A stretch of DNA of 62,526 nt, filler included, from Basidiobolus ranarum (taxonomy: Eukaryota), in the NCBI GenBank assembly GCA_040143965.1. It is 14 parts of 14 records of this genome, joined end to end, with 100 filler letters (N's around TTAATTAATTAA, not from the genome) between each part and the next. Parts side by side here need not be neighbours in the genome. Positions count along the whole stretch, not along the records: positions 31,373 to 35,740 come from JASJQH010001983.1; positions 35,841 to 40,207 come from JASJQH010001984.1; positions 40,308 to 44,674 come from JASJQH010001985.1; positions 44,775 to 49,140 come from JASJQH010001986.1; 10 more parts are not named here. One strand, written 5' to 3'. Shown piece by piece: positions 35,181-48,768 of this stretch (positions within the stretch are counted from its first letter, which is position 1; the number at the start of each line of letters is the position of its first letter). Both the position numbers and the translations under genes were made by a program. The notes under the pieces were generated by a model that was not told the origin of the DNA, ran no database searches, and was given only the letters and a program-made list of their open reading frames with translations.

Positions 35181-35740
35181 GGTTATGAGCCCCAAGCTTG
35201 CACTCTCTTTAGTGTCTACTTCTCAAATTTATGGAACTTTTCCCTCTTCTGAAAATTGGATGGTACCAATTGTCAAGTTTGGAAAATTAAAATGAAAATG
35301 CTGCTGCAAGAAAAAGGACTTTGGGACACTGTTGTAGGAGTAGAAAACAATGCATAACTATCTGAAACCATAGTTTTACTCCAGGTGAAAAAAAACAAAG
35401 TGTCTTTAACACAATTTGTCTTAATGTCAAAGACATATAGCTAATTCAATGTTCAAGGGCTATAACTGCCAAGAAGGTATGGAAAGCATTGGAAGACACC
35501 TACCAAACAAGTTCTGCAGCCAACAAGAAGCTTCTCAGAAGAAAATTCTTTAACTTAAAGATGCAGCCAGGAGAAGATATTAAATCACTAATTAATATGT
35601 TAAAGTATTTGGGAGCCTGTTGGAAGTGGTTTGGGGAATTAGAGGAATTGGTGGTTTTCACTTATTTATTTATTCAGTAGACAGTTGACATTTATTGTTT
35701 TGTCAAGATGTAAACAAACTAATGTGTAGAATATGTTAAG
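35181..35740 (+). mobile_element. Copia family A PBS and gag, interrupted at 35598 by an inverted family-A LTR
   Basis: EN/KLDGTNCQVWKIKMKMLLQEKGLWD...RRKFFNLKMQPGEDI, then TGTTAAAGTATTTG (inverted LTR) to the contig end. Confidence 0.88.
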
Positions 35741-36126
35741 NNNNNNNNNNNNNNNNNNNNNNNNNNNNNNNNNNNNNNNNNNNNTTAATTAATTAANNNN
35801 NNNNNNNNNNNNNNNNNNNNNNNNNNNNNNNNNNNNNNNNTGCAAAAAGGCTTAATTTCACCAAGGAACCAACTACATCAGTTGTAAGAGTGCTAAATTT
35901 GGAAGTTTATCCAACACCTGGCATCTCTCAACAAGCCAAAACATGGGCAAATAAAGATCATGGCTCTCCAACTGCAACTGGTACTTTTCAAAGTGGTGAA
36001 ACTAGCCCCAAACTTAAAGGCAAGCAAAAAGCCACACAAACACTGCAAAGTACTCTCAGTAGTGTCACACTACAAGGATGTATAAGAATCGTAAATGTGC
36101 TTGAGGAATATTTTCAAAAGTTTTAA

Positions 36127-37490
36127 GGGAAAAATGCAGTGCAAGTATGCAGAAGGTGGCTTCAGAAGAAGAACATTCAACTTGACATTCAATCTGGAGT
36201 TGATAATACAGATATCTGGGAAGAACTTAATACAGAGTGCCATAATATTGCACAGTATCTGCCAGATAGCAGGAAGAATGTTGATTCAGCAATGTCAATA
36301 CAATGGTGGGCTTTGATGGAGATATAGATACAAATTCATGTTGGATATGAGCTAAATCTTGGGTATGAAGAACTCTATAAAATATTCAGAAAAATATATC
36401 AGAGAAACTAGGGATTTCAGAGGTGACAAATTAGCATTCAAGTAGTAGATGTTTAAAATTGGAGTCATGTTTTTTGCACATGTGTTGATCCATAGTTTTC
36501 TGAGATTGTAGCCAATAATGTGCACCTATTTTGTTATATTCAAACTTGAATTTTAACCAACTTACTGGATGATAGAAAATGAATTGGCTGACAATGGGTG
36601 TTTAAAGTTAAATACAACTTTGATGGCAATATATATGGTACAAGGCTAGACTAGTAGCTAAAGGCTATTCCAAAGCACCAGGAATAGGTTATGCAGAAAT
36701 TTTTGCTCATGTAGCAAAGTTTAAATCAAAAAGATTGATTTTAGCAATTTCAGCTAAATATTGATTTATTGTATATGAAATGGATGTGAAAACTGCTTTT
36801 ATGAATGGTGAGCTTGTTGAGGAGATTTATAAAGACCAGCCAGAAGAATTTATGGACCCAGAAAACCCTAAAAAAGTTTGTGGACTTTGGAAAACACTCT
36901 ATGGCTTAAAATAATCTCTTAGAGCTTGAATAGTTACTCATTTTTTTGCTGTAATAGAGCTATTTGTTGGAGTTCAAGAAACAACCTACCATAGCACTTT
37001 CACATAAGTAAGAAGGGAAAAACACAGTGCAAGTATGCAGAAAGTGGCTTCAGAAGAAGAACAATCAACTTGACATTCAGTCTGATGTTGACCATGCAGA
37101 TATCTGGGAAGAACTTAATACAGAGTGCCAGAATATTGCATGGTATCTGTCAGATAGCAGGAAGAATGTTGATTCAGCAACATTAATACCATGGTGGGCT
37201 TTGATGGAGATATAGATACAAATTAATGTTGGATATGGGCTAAATCTTGGGTAGGAAGTACTCTATAAAGTATTCAGGAAAATATAGCCAAGAAACTAGG
37301 GATTTCAAAGGTGACAAATCAACATTCAAGTGGTAAATGCATAAAAGTTGAGTTGCTTTTTTGCACATGTGTTGATCCACAGTTTTCTGAGATTGTAGCC
37401 AATCATATGGAACTATTATGCAGATCTTGAAATTTCACCCTTGAAACCAAAATATTGATTATAATCAAATCTCACTTGACAATGATATGA
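36127..37490. repeat. Duplicated ~390-bp unclassified repeat (about 36127-36520 and 37016-37402) enclosing a copia RT fragment (about 36540-37000)
   Basis: Parallel short ORFs MQVCRRWLQKKN/MQVCRKWLQKKN. A reverse-complement relative lies at about 28340-28590. The RT fragment reads [18 protein letters not shown]. Confidence 0.75.
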
Positions 37491-37569
37491 GGGTAAGTAA
37501 ATGGGCAATCCAAAATGGATTAAAATTGCAATGGTTTTCCTATCATAACAATCCTCAAATTTCTGTTAG

Positions 37570-38240
37570 TGCTGAGAAAGAGTCTTTTAGCAACACTCTT
37601 TGCTTCATAATAATCTTTTAACATAGTCCAAGCCTGAAGGGAAGTCTTTGCAAATTGAATATTAAGTTGTGAATTGTTCAAACTTTGACAAATGACATTA
37701 AAGGTGTTCTTGTCTCTTTTCTTGTAAGCTTGAAATAAAAAAGGGTCAGAAGGTTCCTTTTCACCTCCTGAGACAACATTCCAAAGCTGCCTGTCCTCCA
37801 GCATGATTTGTATCTTAAACTTCCAAAAATTGTAATTTTCTCCATCAAGCTTTTCAATGCTTGAATTAACAAAAGAGGTAGTAGTAGTCTCTGTCATGCT
37901 GTAGAAGTTAGAATGTGGGGCTCATGATGATTTGGGAAAATATATGCTGTTTGGAAGAACTTTATAAAAATGCAATTATGATTAGCTTGCCAGATCATAT
38001 TTTATTGTCAAGAAACAATGAATTCATACATTTTGGTTAAAGTACAGAAAAATAGCACTGGGGTTGTGCTCAGAACATCTCTGAGAGTAAAATAAGCTAT
38101 TTTGGGGGCAATTTGGACAAGTTTGAAATTTCCAGTATAAATTTATAACTTTCTGATAACTCACATATATATAAAATATATGCTCTGATTTTCAGCCAAG
38201 TAATATTTGACTAAATAATTTTAACTAACTCAAGTATGAT
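37570..38240 (-). mobile_element. Third copia family: gag N-terminus, degenerate PBS and probable LTR
   Basis: SIEKLDGENYNFWKFKIQIMLEDRQLWNVVSG; GGGCTCAT at about 37918 marks the PBS; adjacent sequence resembles 25370-25520. Confidence 0.7.
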
Positions 38241-38489
38241 ATATGATATAGTTTGGTGTACAAGTATACAGGTGATAAATACAAAGAAGAGAATAAATTC
38301 CAACATTTTTGGGGTCTGCAAACTCTTTAATGTTTTCTGGGTCTGCAAATCCATCTGGATGGCTGATGTAGATCTTCTCAGCAAGCTTGCCAATCAAAAA
38401 GCTGCTTTGACTGTTGAAATAGCATGTGAGTATCATCAATTTCTCTAAATCTCCAAACCACTTCCAACAGCCTCCAGAATACTTCAACT

Positions 38490-39800
38490 TTTTTGATACA
38501 CTGAAGAAGCTTAAAATAAAAGAATGTGAACCAGTATCTATCCTAACAAAGACTAATTTCACCTTATCAAAAAATGGCTCAATTTGGATGTTCTTTGATT
38601 TAGATAGAAGCCCATAATTTTCCTACCAGTATATAGTTGGTAGTTTAATGAATATTATGGTCAATAATGGCCAGATATACCTTATTCTGTTGGCACTATG
38701 TGCTAATGGCTTCATAATTATGGATCTGATCAAATTATACCAATTAAGTGGATTTTCTTATACTTGAAAGGTAGTATGTATTGGTACTTAAAATATATAT
38801 ATTCAAGAGCAAACTTTGATCTAAAGTGATATTCAGATGCAACTTGGGGAACAGATATTGAAGACAGGAGCTCTATAACAGGATACTTATCTCTTGACTG
38901 CAATGGAGCTATTTCTTGGAATTAAAAGAAGCAACCTTTCAAAGCACTGTCAACAACAGAAGCAGAATGTATGGCTGCTTTTGAATCAATATAAGAAGCA
39001 ATATGGATAAGAAAGTTCTAGACAAATTTAAGTTATTCCCAAAGTTCAACAACTACAACATTTCAAGAAAATCAAGGTTCTATTCAATTATCTAGAAATC
39101 TCATGTTTCACACTGGAAACATGTACAAAGATATCAAACATCACTTTACTAGTGAGACTATATAGAATAAGTTTATTGACTTAACTTATTGCTTCACAAA
39201 ATACATGACTGCTGATATAGTAGCCAAACCACTAGCTAGAGAGAAAGTTGAGAAATTTAGATATTCCTTAAATAGGTATATAAAACAATTTAGTAGAGGG
39301 AGAGTGTTGAATTTTCATAGCATAAGCTCCCATATAGTCATATATAGCTTAGGACTTATTTATCTTGTATTTCAATTAGATAATACCCATCATTTTCAAT
39401 TGGAATTTTCTTTGAATATGTTTACCAACTTGGAAGTTCTCCAATAATTAGAATTCCTAACTTGTGCTAGAAGGCCCAAACTTTGCATACATGCTCCCAG
39501 AATATCCCTCAACACATTCTACTTGTTAGTTTGTACACATCTTGAGAAATACTTTTGTCAAGATGTAAACAAACTATTATGTAGAATGTGTTAAGCAAGG
39601 TCCTAGGAACATGTGCACAAAGTTTAGGACCTCTAGCACAAGTATGAAAAATCTATATATCTGAGAAGTTCTAAGTTGGTAAAATTATTCCAAGAAAATT
39701 ACAAGTGAGAATAATGGATAATATCTTAGTGAAACATGAAAGAACCAGGTACTAACCTATATATTTCTATGCAGGTGCTCAGGCAATGCTAATTTCAACA
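38490..39800 (+). mobile_element. Copia family A degenerate RT/RNase H followed by two partial LTRs in inverted orientation
   Basis: YSDATWG, STTEAE, ADIVAKPL; PPT AGAGGGAGAG; LTR 39305-about 39550, then inverted LTR about 39552-39800. Confidence 0.85.
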
Positions 39801-41829
39801 GAAATGCCAAGTAGAATGGTTTTCATGGGAGATGACAAATATATTGGATGCCACTAAAATGGGAACAATTCTAGTCAACTAACCTGGAGCTTATGGGGAG
39901 AAAGTGTATACCTTTAAGGATGCACTTTATGTTCCAGATATTGCCAAGAATTGAATATCTGTATGCACAGCCACCTCAGAAGGGCAAAAATTCAATTTCA
40001 ATAAGTCAGGATGCATCATCACTGATCAAAATGGGATTATTTATCTTCAGCAGAAAAGGACCAGAACTTATGGAAGCTTACATATAGTCCAACAGGTTTA
40101 TGTTGAAGTTTATTGTCTTTATCATATATGTTATCCCTATCTTTATACACCTAACTATTTCATATATCACATATTAGTTAGTCAACATTATTTAGTCAAA
40201 TATCACTNNNNNNNNNNNNNNNNNNNNNNNNNNNNNNNNNNNNNNNNNNNNTTAATTAATTAANNNNNNNNNNNNNNNNNNNNNNNNNNNNNNNNNNNNN
40301 NNNNNNNTACATCCTCTGAGCTAGATTACATTGGTCATCAGGTTAAGTATGGATATGATCCAGTATTGTCACAATATCTTAAAAGATTGATGTCTTGATT
40401 GTCACTTTGTTTAGACTAGTATTTAAGCTGAATAAAGTCCACACCATCTGGTGCTTTTCATCCCCCCTAACCCTAAGCTAAATAAAGTCCACACCATCTG
40501 GTGCTTTTCATCCCCCCTAAATAAGTGCCAGCTCCATTATTGCCATTACCATTGCAATCATCTTCTCCATTTCCTTTGCCACTGTTACTGTTGCCGTTTC
40601 CATTCCTATCCTTATCAGCTTCATATGCACCAACTTCAGTGCAGCTATTTCTACAGCAATTGTCTCCTCTGTTTCCAATCAAATGGACCTATTTTGCACT
40701 CTTACTGGAATGGCTTTAACCCTAACCTATTTTGACCAATCAAATCGATATGATTCTGCGCTCTTACCGAAAGAGCAACATGGCATAAGTGGTAGATAAT
40801 AAATGATACACCGTTTGGTGCTTTTCATCCCGTTGATGATTTTTCACCTCTCTAACCATTATTATTTGCAAAAGATATTGATTTCTGATGGATTGTGACT
40901 ACAATCTTATTTGGTCTTGGTTTGATAGCGCTTCCATAGTCTCTAATGTATATGTAGATCTGGCTCCTGTAAGCTTTCACAAAGATATCTAAGTATTTAG
41001 TGCTATATGCATTTGTAAAACGTGATGCCTGTGACATGCTTTGGGAAATTAATCATTGATATGGTTTTGATACTCTGGGGCACGTCAAATCTGTTTTCGA
41101 ACCTCAAATCTGATTAGCGTTTCCCACATTTAGCCCATATACAAAACATTATTGAATGGCAACTGTTTGCATTAAATCATATACAATTAGTCTGTTTACC
41201 TTCGTTCAACAAGTACTATCAACATTTGAATATTTGATGCAGCAAGTGTTATTGAATAAAGCCCAGAGTTATGTAAGTATCCCATGCGATCTATGAATCC
41301 TAAACAGAGTTATTGTAATTCGATCTGAAATCGGAGATCTGCTTATGAGTCATTGCTAATTGAGTAATGTGCATAATTATAACACACTAACTGTCACTGA
41401 TTATACACAGTAAGGATCTGGTTCGCAACCAATATATATACTCTTAGTTCCATCGTTAACCCACTAAAAATGGTTAGAGCCGACACTCGCACTGATTTGT
41501 ACTTGTTATTTGGAATATATTGTGAAGAAAATCAACTTAAACACTCACTCCGCTTGTTTCAGTATGCAATCCCGGCTACGGTCTAACGAATAGATTTTAT
41601 ATATCCAGTCTATTCGGTCCTTTTACGAAACGTCCGTTTCACTCGGTCTTCAAACCCACTCTGCATATTTTCTAGAAATTAGTTCACATACAATCCAAGA
41701 CTGATCGATTCACATAAAGAGTAGGAAATAACGGAAGATATCTTAGACAAACCCATTACTGGTACCCCTAGCTTAATACTTCCACGTAAAAGCTATAAAT
41801 ATGTCTCATGTTTTTTGACTGTTTATCAG

Positions 41830-42787
41830 ATGATGGGTCTCTACAAGGTAGTTGCTTTCACTTTGGTGAGCTCGTTAATCTATGCTGCCCCTCACGAAGA
41901 CAGAAAGAAAACACCAAGTCATATTGATACTATCGTAGTATTTGGGGATTCTTATAGTGATGTTGGAAATTCATATAGGCTCAGCAATAAAACCTATCCT
42001 CCCTCCTATTACTACAATGGTCGCTTCTCCAATGGCCCCTTGTGGCCTGAATATATTCAGGAGTTCACTCAATGGAAGGTGTTAAACTATGCTTATTCAG
42101 GAGCTACAAGTAAGTATGGCATAATTTTGAAGATGATCGCAACACCAAACACTGACATTTAGTATAGTTAGCAATAAACTAATTCAAGGATACAGTGGCT
42201 ATGGCCAGAAAATACCGATTCCTAGCATAGTTGAGCAAATTAAAGAGCATGCAGATTTCCTAGCCAGAAACCCGGATGGGGCAAATCCCAAATCAACTCA
42301 GTATGTAATCGTAGTATCTGGCAACGAGTATACTTACGGGAATTATACTACTACACCAGAGGAACTGGCCAAAACTATTTATGAAACTTCGAAACTACTA
42401 TTCAAGCCTCCATTCTCTGGGAAGTATTTTATGTACGCTAATGTTGCACTCGATCGCCTAGCATATAACATCAACTCGAACATTATAATCAATAACCTGG
42501 CTCGCTTCTATCGCTTGAAGCATAATGAAATTTTGGGCAAACTGGTTCATAGCATTTCAGAAGTGAATGCAAAGATATTCGATATGAATGAGTTTTTGAG
42601 GAATGAGTTATCTGCTCCTATTTATGTTAACTCTACAATTCCATGCATTCAGGACTTCATTACACCTAATGTGGTACCAAAAATATGTGAGATTCCAGAA
42701 AAGAAATTATTTTGGGATTTACTACATTTATCTACTATGGCTCATCAAAGGCTGGCGAATGCTATCATCAAGGCAGCGACTGACTAG
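41830..42787 (+). CDS. Secreted GDSL/SGNH lipase-esterase (about 299 aa, 2 exons)
   Basis: Signal-like N-terminus; FGDSYSDVGN, GRFSNGPLW, NYAYSGAT, SGNEY, FWDLLH. Intron 42110-42167 (GTAAGT..CTGAC..TAG) joins the two ORFs in frame. TATA-like CTATAAAT at about 41792. Confidence 0.92.
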
Positions 42788-44527
42788 TTCATTACCATTT
42801 CAGAGCAGCCCACTGTAATTACTGGAGCATTAGCGAGTCCCAGGCGGGTTTTCACTGACTACAGCTTTCTCCTCAAAATATATGTCAAAAGTTGATCATA
42901 ATATTTTGTGTAATTTTATAAAATCTCTAAACTGATTCTACTGCGTAATTCTTTTTTCTTCGGTTAACATTTGCGTGGTCCACCTCACTGACTTGGAAGT
43001 CCCCTGGAGTACTCTTAACAAAATATTCTTGGTATAAAGTTTCTTTACTCAGAGAATTGGATTGTTGGACAGGAGCGTTATGACTTCTTTTTACGACCGT
43101 CTAAAAGAGTTACTGCTTATACACTCATTACAGCAGGTGTTGGTAGAAGATTTAGTCTCGCCAAAAGAGAAAGATAAAAGTACACTATAGCCTATTGAAA
43201 TTCCTAATTTGCAGATGCATACTTGATGTGAGGGTGTGTTGCTAATTTGGCCAAGCTGATTTTGGATGAAGAAATATGCAATAATAGCATCTACGCTTCA
43301 AGTTCATCTCAGAAAATTTAATATCTCCATATACTGCAATATTCTTATGCATTTGTCCTATCTCCAAATATGCCATTGCTTTTGACTTTCAAGTTCCACA
43401 ATTATATTGTATTGCAAATAGTTAACCCTATATATATACATATATACCAGTACCTATCGAAACGAACGTGGTGCTAATACCGTTGGAATACCTGGTCATG
43501 CGCCTAGTTGGTGCCTTTAGTCTGTTTTGCTTCGCATATAAAATTTTTAAATATGATATATTCTATACTTGGATACCGTTAGGAATGAAGACACCTTATA
43601 ATTACTTGATCAACCTATTAAGGACCAGAAACAGCAAGCTCATAAAATGAATATCCAGATAGCTACCAACATCAAGTTAGCAAGCAAATAATTTGGGATT
43701 GCAATACCTATGTGTAGGAATACTGGTATATGAAAGAGCATAGGCTCTGTAATATTATATGTAAGTACATCGTTATTAGTTTGATTTTTGAGAAGTACTA
43801 ATCCAGTATATTTCTAGACTTAATGAAGCGCAACTAGAACATCAGGCTAAAGCAGATACTTCTATCGGTGCCATTATATACTCGTATTGCTGTTACAAGG
43901 AGTATCAACTAAATATCACACTATATTCAAGCTAAAAAAGCGTAGTTTGAAGTACACTACAGCCCCTGTTCTTAGAGGGCTACTTATACCACTGGGTACT
44001 TCCGAAGCTGCTAGGATAATATCGATTCTGACGCAATTACACCGCTGATAAATGAATACTATATTTGACTTAGTGTGGTTAACGATTGATGATATTAAGT
44101 TTCTTAAAATCAATAACTGGGTTTACCATCTAACATGAAGTTTAGGATGAAACCTTAGATAAGCTAGTTTTTCATACGATTCATTGACTTTTACACCACT
44201 TGAGACCACGAGTTAATGAATTCAAAAAAGTTAATCTAAACACTCTCACCTTACTATGGTCTGTGTGGTATATTCACCTGTCTTAATATGCATGGTAAGA
44301 GCTTAACGAATGGGTTGTTTACTTCCAAACCAATAGATAAACTTCGTCAGAAGACTTAGTCAGCTTCATTATATGAGATTGATTTGTTTACCATCCAGGA
44401 TGTTGATAGTTTCCTATGAAGAGTGAGAAGTCAACAGGAACAACCTAAATATACCGATATTCGCACTGCACATTCAACACTTGAAAGTTATAAATAGCAC
44501 TTATCTATCTCGGTTGCTAGCAAAATC

Positions 44528-44674
44528 ATGTGTTTCTACAAGCTGTTTGGCTTTACTTTAGCTAGCTCGTTAATCTATGCTGCCCCTCACGAAGACAGAA
44601 AGAAAACACCAAGTCATATTGATACTATCGTAGTATTTGGGGATTCTTATAGTGATGTTGGAAATTCATATAGG
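44528..44674 (+). CDS. Second GDSL lipase paralogue, 5' fragment
   Basis: MCFYKLFGFTLASSLIYAAPHEDRKK...FGDSYSDVGNSYR, truncated by the contig end. TATAAATA at about 44488. Confidence 0.85.
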
Positions 44675-47600
44675 NNNNNNNNNNNNNNNNNNNNNNNNNN
44701 NNNNNNNNNNNNNNNNNNTTAATTAATTAANNNNNNNNNNNNNNNNNNNNNNNNNNNNNNNNNNNNNNNNNNNNGAAACCAAAACGATGTTTGTGTGCTT
44801 TGGCTTCAGGTTTACTGAACAAAGAAAAAGGCATCCGGTTTTTAAAAGACCTGGGTGATTTTTTATCTTGAAGGCTGTTAATATGGAGACTAAAATATAC
44901 AAGCACTCTTAATTTTTATTGCATACCTCGACTTAAAAGGGCGGGTTTTACAGGAAGTCTTCTGCCCGTATCTGAGCTCAGCGTGCCTGACTGGGTTAAC
45001 TCCGTTGGACTCACTTGGGTTATGAGATTCTCAGCCATGTCAAAAACAAGTACTCCCTCAACCTTGCAAAAGTGTTAAAATATGTACAGATAAGCTAATA
45101 CGACTTTTCTTCAAAAAGCAGAGTGCTGTTATTAAAACTAAATAGCGAGACAATTAGTAGTGAAAGAGGGGTATCATAAATATCCAACTAATGCTTACCT
45201 ATTAAGAGGGTTTTTAAAGAGTAAAGAGTGTTGTTATTGATTATGCCGGAGAAAGAAAGAGAAAACACTGAATCGAGGAAGAAACGTTATGAAGGATACC
45301 AATAAAGCGATGCTAAAGGGGTATATTTTAGCTGATGAACGGGGGGACTATCCAGGCGAACCGTATGTGGTATAGGGCAGCAAATTATAGTAATTAAACA
45401 GGTCAATGAACCGGTTTGTTCCAAACAGGCACTCGATTAGTTCAATGTATTTTCAAGAGTGAAGAAATTTTAAAGCTCAGTGGTGCTTTAATAGTACAGC
45501 CTATTGATACATTCTGCATAACAAGGGAACTTATGCATAGGTTTCTATGTTTAGAGATTCATGTGAATCAATAACAAAGCTGCACGAATTGTAATACGGC
45601 AGGTATGGTATTGCCGTATATCGAGGGAAGTATGGGGTGCTGGTATTCAATCGGCATAGTATTTTCCTCTTTGCATATCTTGTGATTTCGCCAGTGGCAT
45701 GAGAGTGGTTTTCGTGTTTCATTCAACTTCCTGTTACTCGAATCACTCCTGAAACGCACACGCTAATTAAATAATGGAGGTGGGGTGAAGACTCGATTTT
45801 TAGAGAAGCAGTATCACGCGAGCTTGCCAAAGAAATGTGAAGTTGCTTAGAGCTAACTGATCCTAATCAAACTCAAGTACTCATACTGAATTCATTGTAT
45901 AAGCATATATATGTAATTACAAATCATTAGTTTTGACTTTCTTATGATCGCTAGTGGATAATATGAGCTTTCTGTTGATACTGAAGTATCTGAATTTGTG
46001 GTGGCGACACTTCTCTATAGATACTCTAATCATACCTGTAGCTGGTCGTTGAGAACTGGTTGTTGAGCTTGATACAAAGTTTAATCAGAAGCTATTGAGC
46101 CTAGCCAAACTGATTAAAGTAACATTTTTTGATTATCGCTTTGGGTTGATATTGATTAGCATTTGGGTTGGTAGGCTTGGCAGTGAAGGCTGATCTCAGA
46201 TTGTAGGAAAACCATTGTCAATTTGGCTAAATTTATGAACCATTTTCCATATGTTGCTTTGGTAGATTCTCTATTAACTAGGTCCAATTTGATTAGTATC
46301 GTTTTTTACTCTCAGGCTACATCCCGGTTGTTGTTGTAGCACAAAGTTCGAGTATTCTCATTTTCGAAAAATACAGCAAGATTATAAGCACTCGTTTCAC
46401 CTCATATGTTCCATGATTTATAGTAAAGTAACGTTACTATATTTTAATAAAACGGAGGAGTTTAGCTGGGACAGCATCATCTGTCTAACAATCATTATAA
46501 ATCAATGGTCACTCTAAGATTTATTACTGCAACCAGAAATCATAATAGCTTGGCTATTTAAGCTTCAGTTCAGTTCTAGTGTTAGCGCCTTAGGTAAAAA
46601 GGGGAATTCCGCCTAAGAGAGCGCTCTCGGTTAATACAGTGAACACAATTACTTTAATCATCTAATCAGCATTACATGGGTTTATCAGATGCATAGGCCA
46701 ATGTTTATGAAGAACAGATTGGTTATATAGTCAAGTCAAGCAACTTTAAATCAGTATCTCTCACTTGTTACCGTCATTGTTTCACACATCTCGTAAATCG
46801 GTAGCAAGGTAAGGTGGGACCTTGGTATTAGGTACAAGGACTTCTTCTGTTACAATACTCAAGGGTTGTTTGATTAATGCAATACAATATATGTTATCTC
46901 ATACATTATATTAGTCCACTTTCGTAAGTCTGTGCTTACTTTCATGCCTATTGGTCAAGCGTCTTGGATAATATGTGTGACAATTTGGTGTTCCAGAGTA
47001 CTCAAGAGACTGAGAGGATCTTAGTCTTCGGTAGATTAAATTAATGAATTCAGAGAGTCACGGGGGTATAAGCAGATTTCGTTTATTTGAAAACATAGTG
47101 TGTATACTAAATATATCATTTATTCTAGGGGTGCCAGTGCTTTTTGCGAACCTATGGCTGATATTGAGGATTCTGGATGAGTTTGAAGTGAATAATTTTA
47201 ATCTTCTGCTGTTCAGAAAAACATTGATTGATAGTCAACAGAGTATCATCCTGGCATATGTTCCAAGCCTGTACCGATAACTTGAGCATGGCCATGTCCT
47301 TATTAGGGCTGGCATTGTATGAGACAGAAGGCTGTCCTGTCCCGACATTAAACCTCATACCTAAACAAATACACGCTCCCATCAACTCTAGTATTTTGCC
47401 AAGTTAGTCTACCACTGTTATCAATAACTGTATTATATCCTCTTGCCCACTCTCTTCCAGTCATCATACTTGTATTGAACCTAGTGACGATTAACACATA
47501 TATCACATAAACTTTTTCCCATCATAAAATTTCTTTCAATATCAATATCAGGATGGTCGGGCTTGCGTAGAATGCTGATTTTGTGAAAGTCCTAAGAAAT

Positions 47601-48768
47601 GACATTGCACAAATGATTTTTTGTTACTCTGTGCTTTCTGCTGGCATTTGCACTACTCTATGGCCCTTTTTAAGTTACATTCTTCCATCATTAGAAGTCC
47701 AGAGTAGCTGGTTTTTTTAAGTGTATCTTTTCATCTGCATAACTCTTAATCAAATTCCTGGCAAAAATGGGGAATCTAATTTTTGTGTACAACTGGTTTA
47801 ATGCAGAGCTGTCCTTCTCTAAATACTAGTCATAGTTACCAGACTCTCCTCAATCGCCTGAAAATTAAAAGATCCCAACTGGAAATTAAGCCACCTCAGT
47901 TCTCAGAATTGTATTAACACCTGACCTTGATAAGAGGTTTCTGTTGAAACGTACGTATTCAAAACAACGTCAGTCGGAAACCGAGCATCATCTAACCAAC
48001 CATCTAAACTCTGAATATATATAGCTAGATAGCGATAACGATGGCTGTTGATGTTAATAGAAGTGGATAAAGATCAACCAGCATCGAGTAAACTAATTTA
48101 TACAGGATATAGTAGGCCATTCCAATGATCCAAGTACTAGCAAAGTGAAGCAAATGATTGACAAGGAGGTCAAGTCGCTATACTATAGTCATGCTGCAAA
48201 ATAGATTCAACACTAATGCTGTCTCTTCGTTAGTATATAGAACTATCCAGTAATCAAAGATTTGTTGAGTAACAAAATAAACCCTAATCCTCAAAGTCTT
48301 CGTAGTGGTTTACTTTGGAATGATCATTGCTATCACGATAGCAGAAGGATTAGATAAAGGTCATATGATACATGAAGCTAAGTTGGTACCTAAATAGAGG
48401 GAGTTTACCATTCATGATGCGGGTGAAATAGGGTAAATCAGAAGTTCTTACCATCTTGACAGTTGCAGCTCTTCTGCACAGAATTATAGAATGTTCCCAT
48501 CTTCTAGCTTTGTCTTGGGTGATAGTAAAAATACGATGGTGTCTTAGAATATTTTCATCTGTATTAGAATAGGTATCGTGCCATGCATTGATGTTCTTCG
48601 CCTGCCATTTTAGAGGACATGTGAATTCTTGACTACGATTAAGAGCATTATTCTTATCTATGGTCAGTTGCTTGGATTGCCTATTCTAAAATATCCTCTA
48701 AATTCGGAATTTAATACCAATGAGCCAGATTATAAAGGGACTAAGGTTGTTATCGCTTCCTCAAGAAT

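Noticed and set aside
40473-40735. Asn/Gly-rich or His/Cys-rich small proteins
   Set aside because: Low-complexity overlapping ORFs in CpG-depleted repeat-like DNA, with no support for expression.
44775-45800. Possible group II intron domain V, IS200/605-like end or NUMT (GAACCGTATGTGG at about 45358; hairpin TACGGCA..TGCCGTA at about 45595)
   Set aside because: The complementary half of domain V is missing, and I could not identify an associated ORF or organellar gene.
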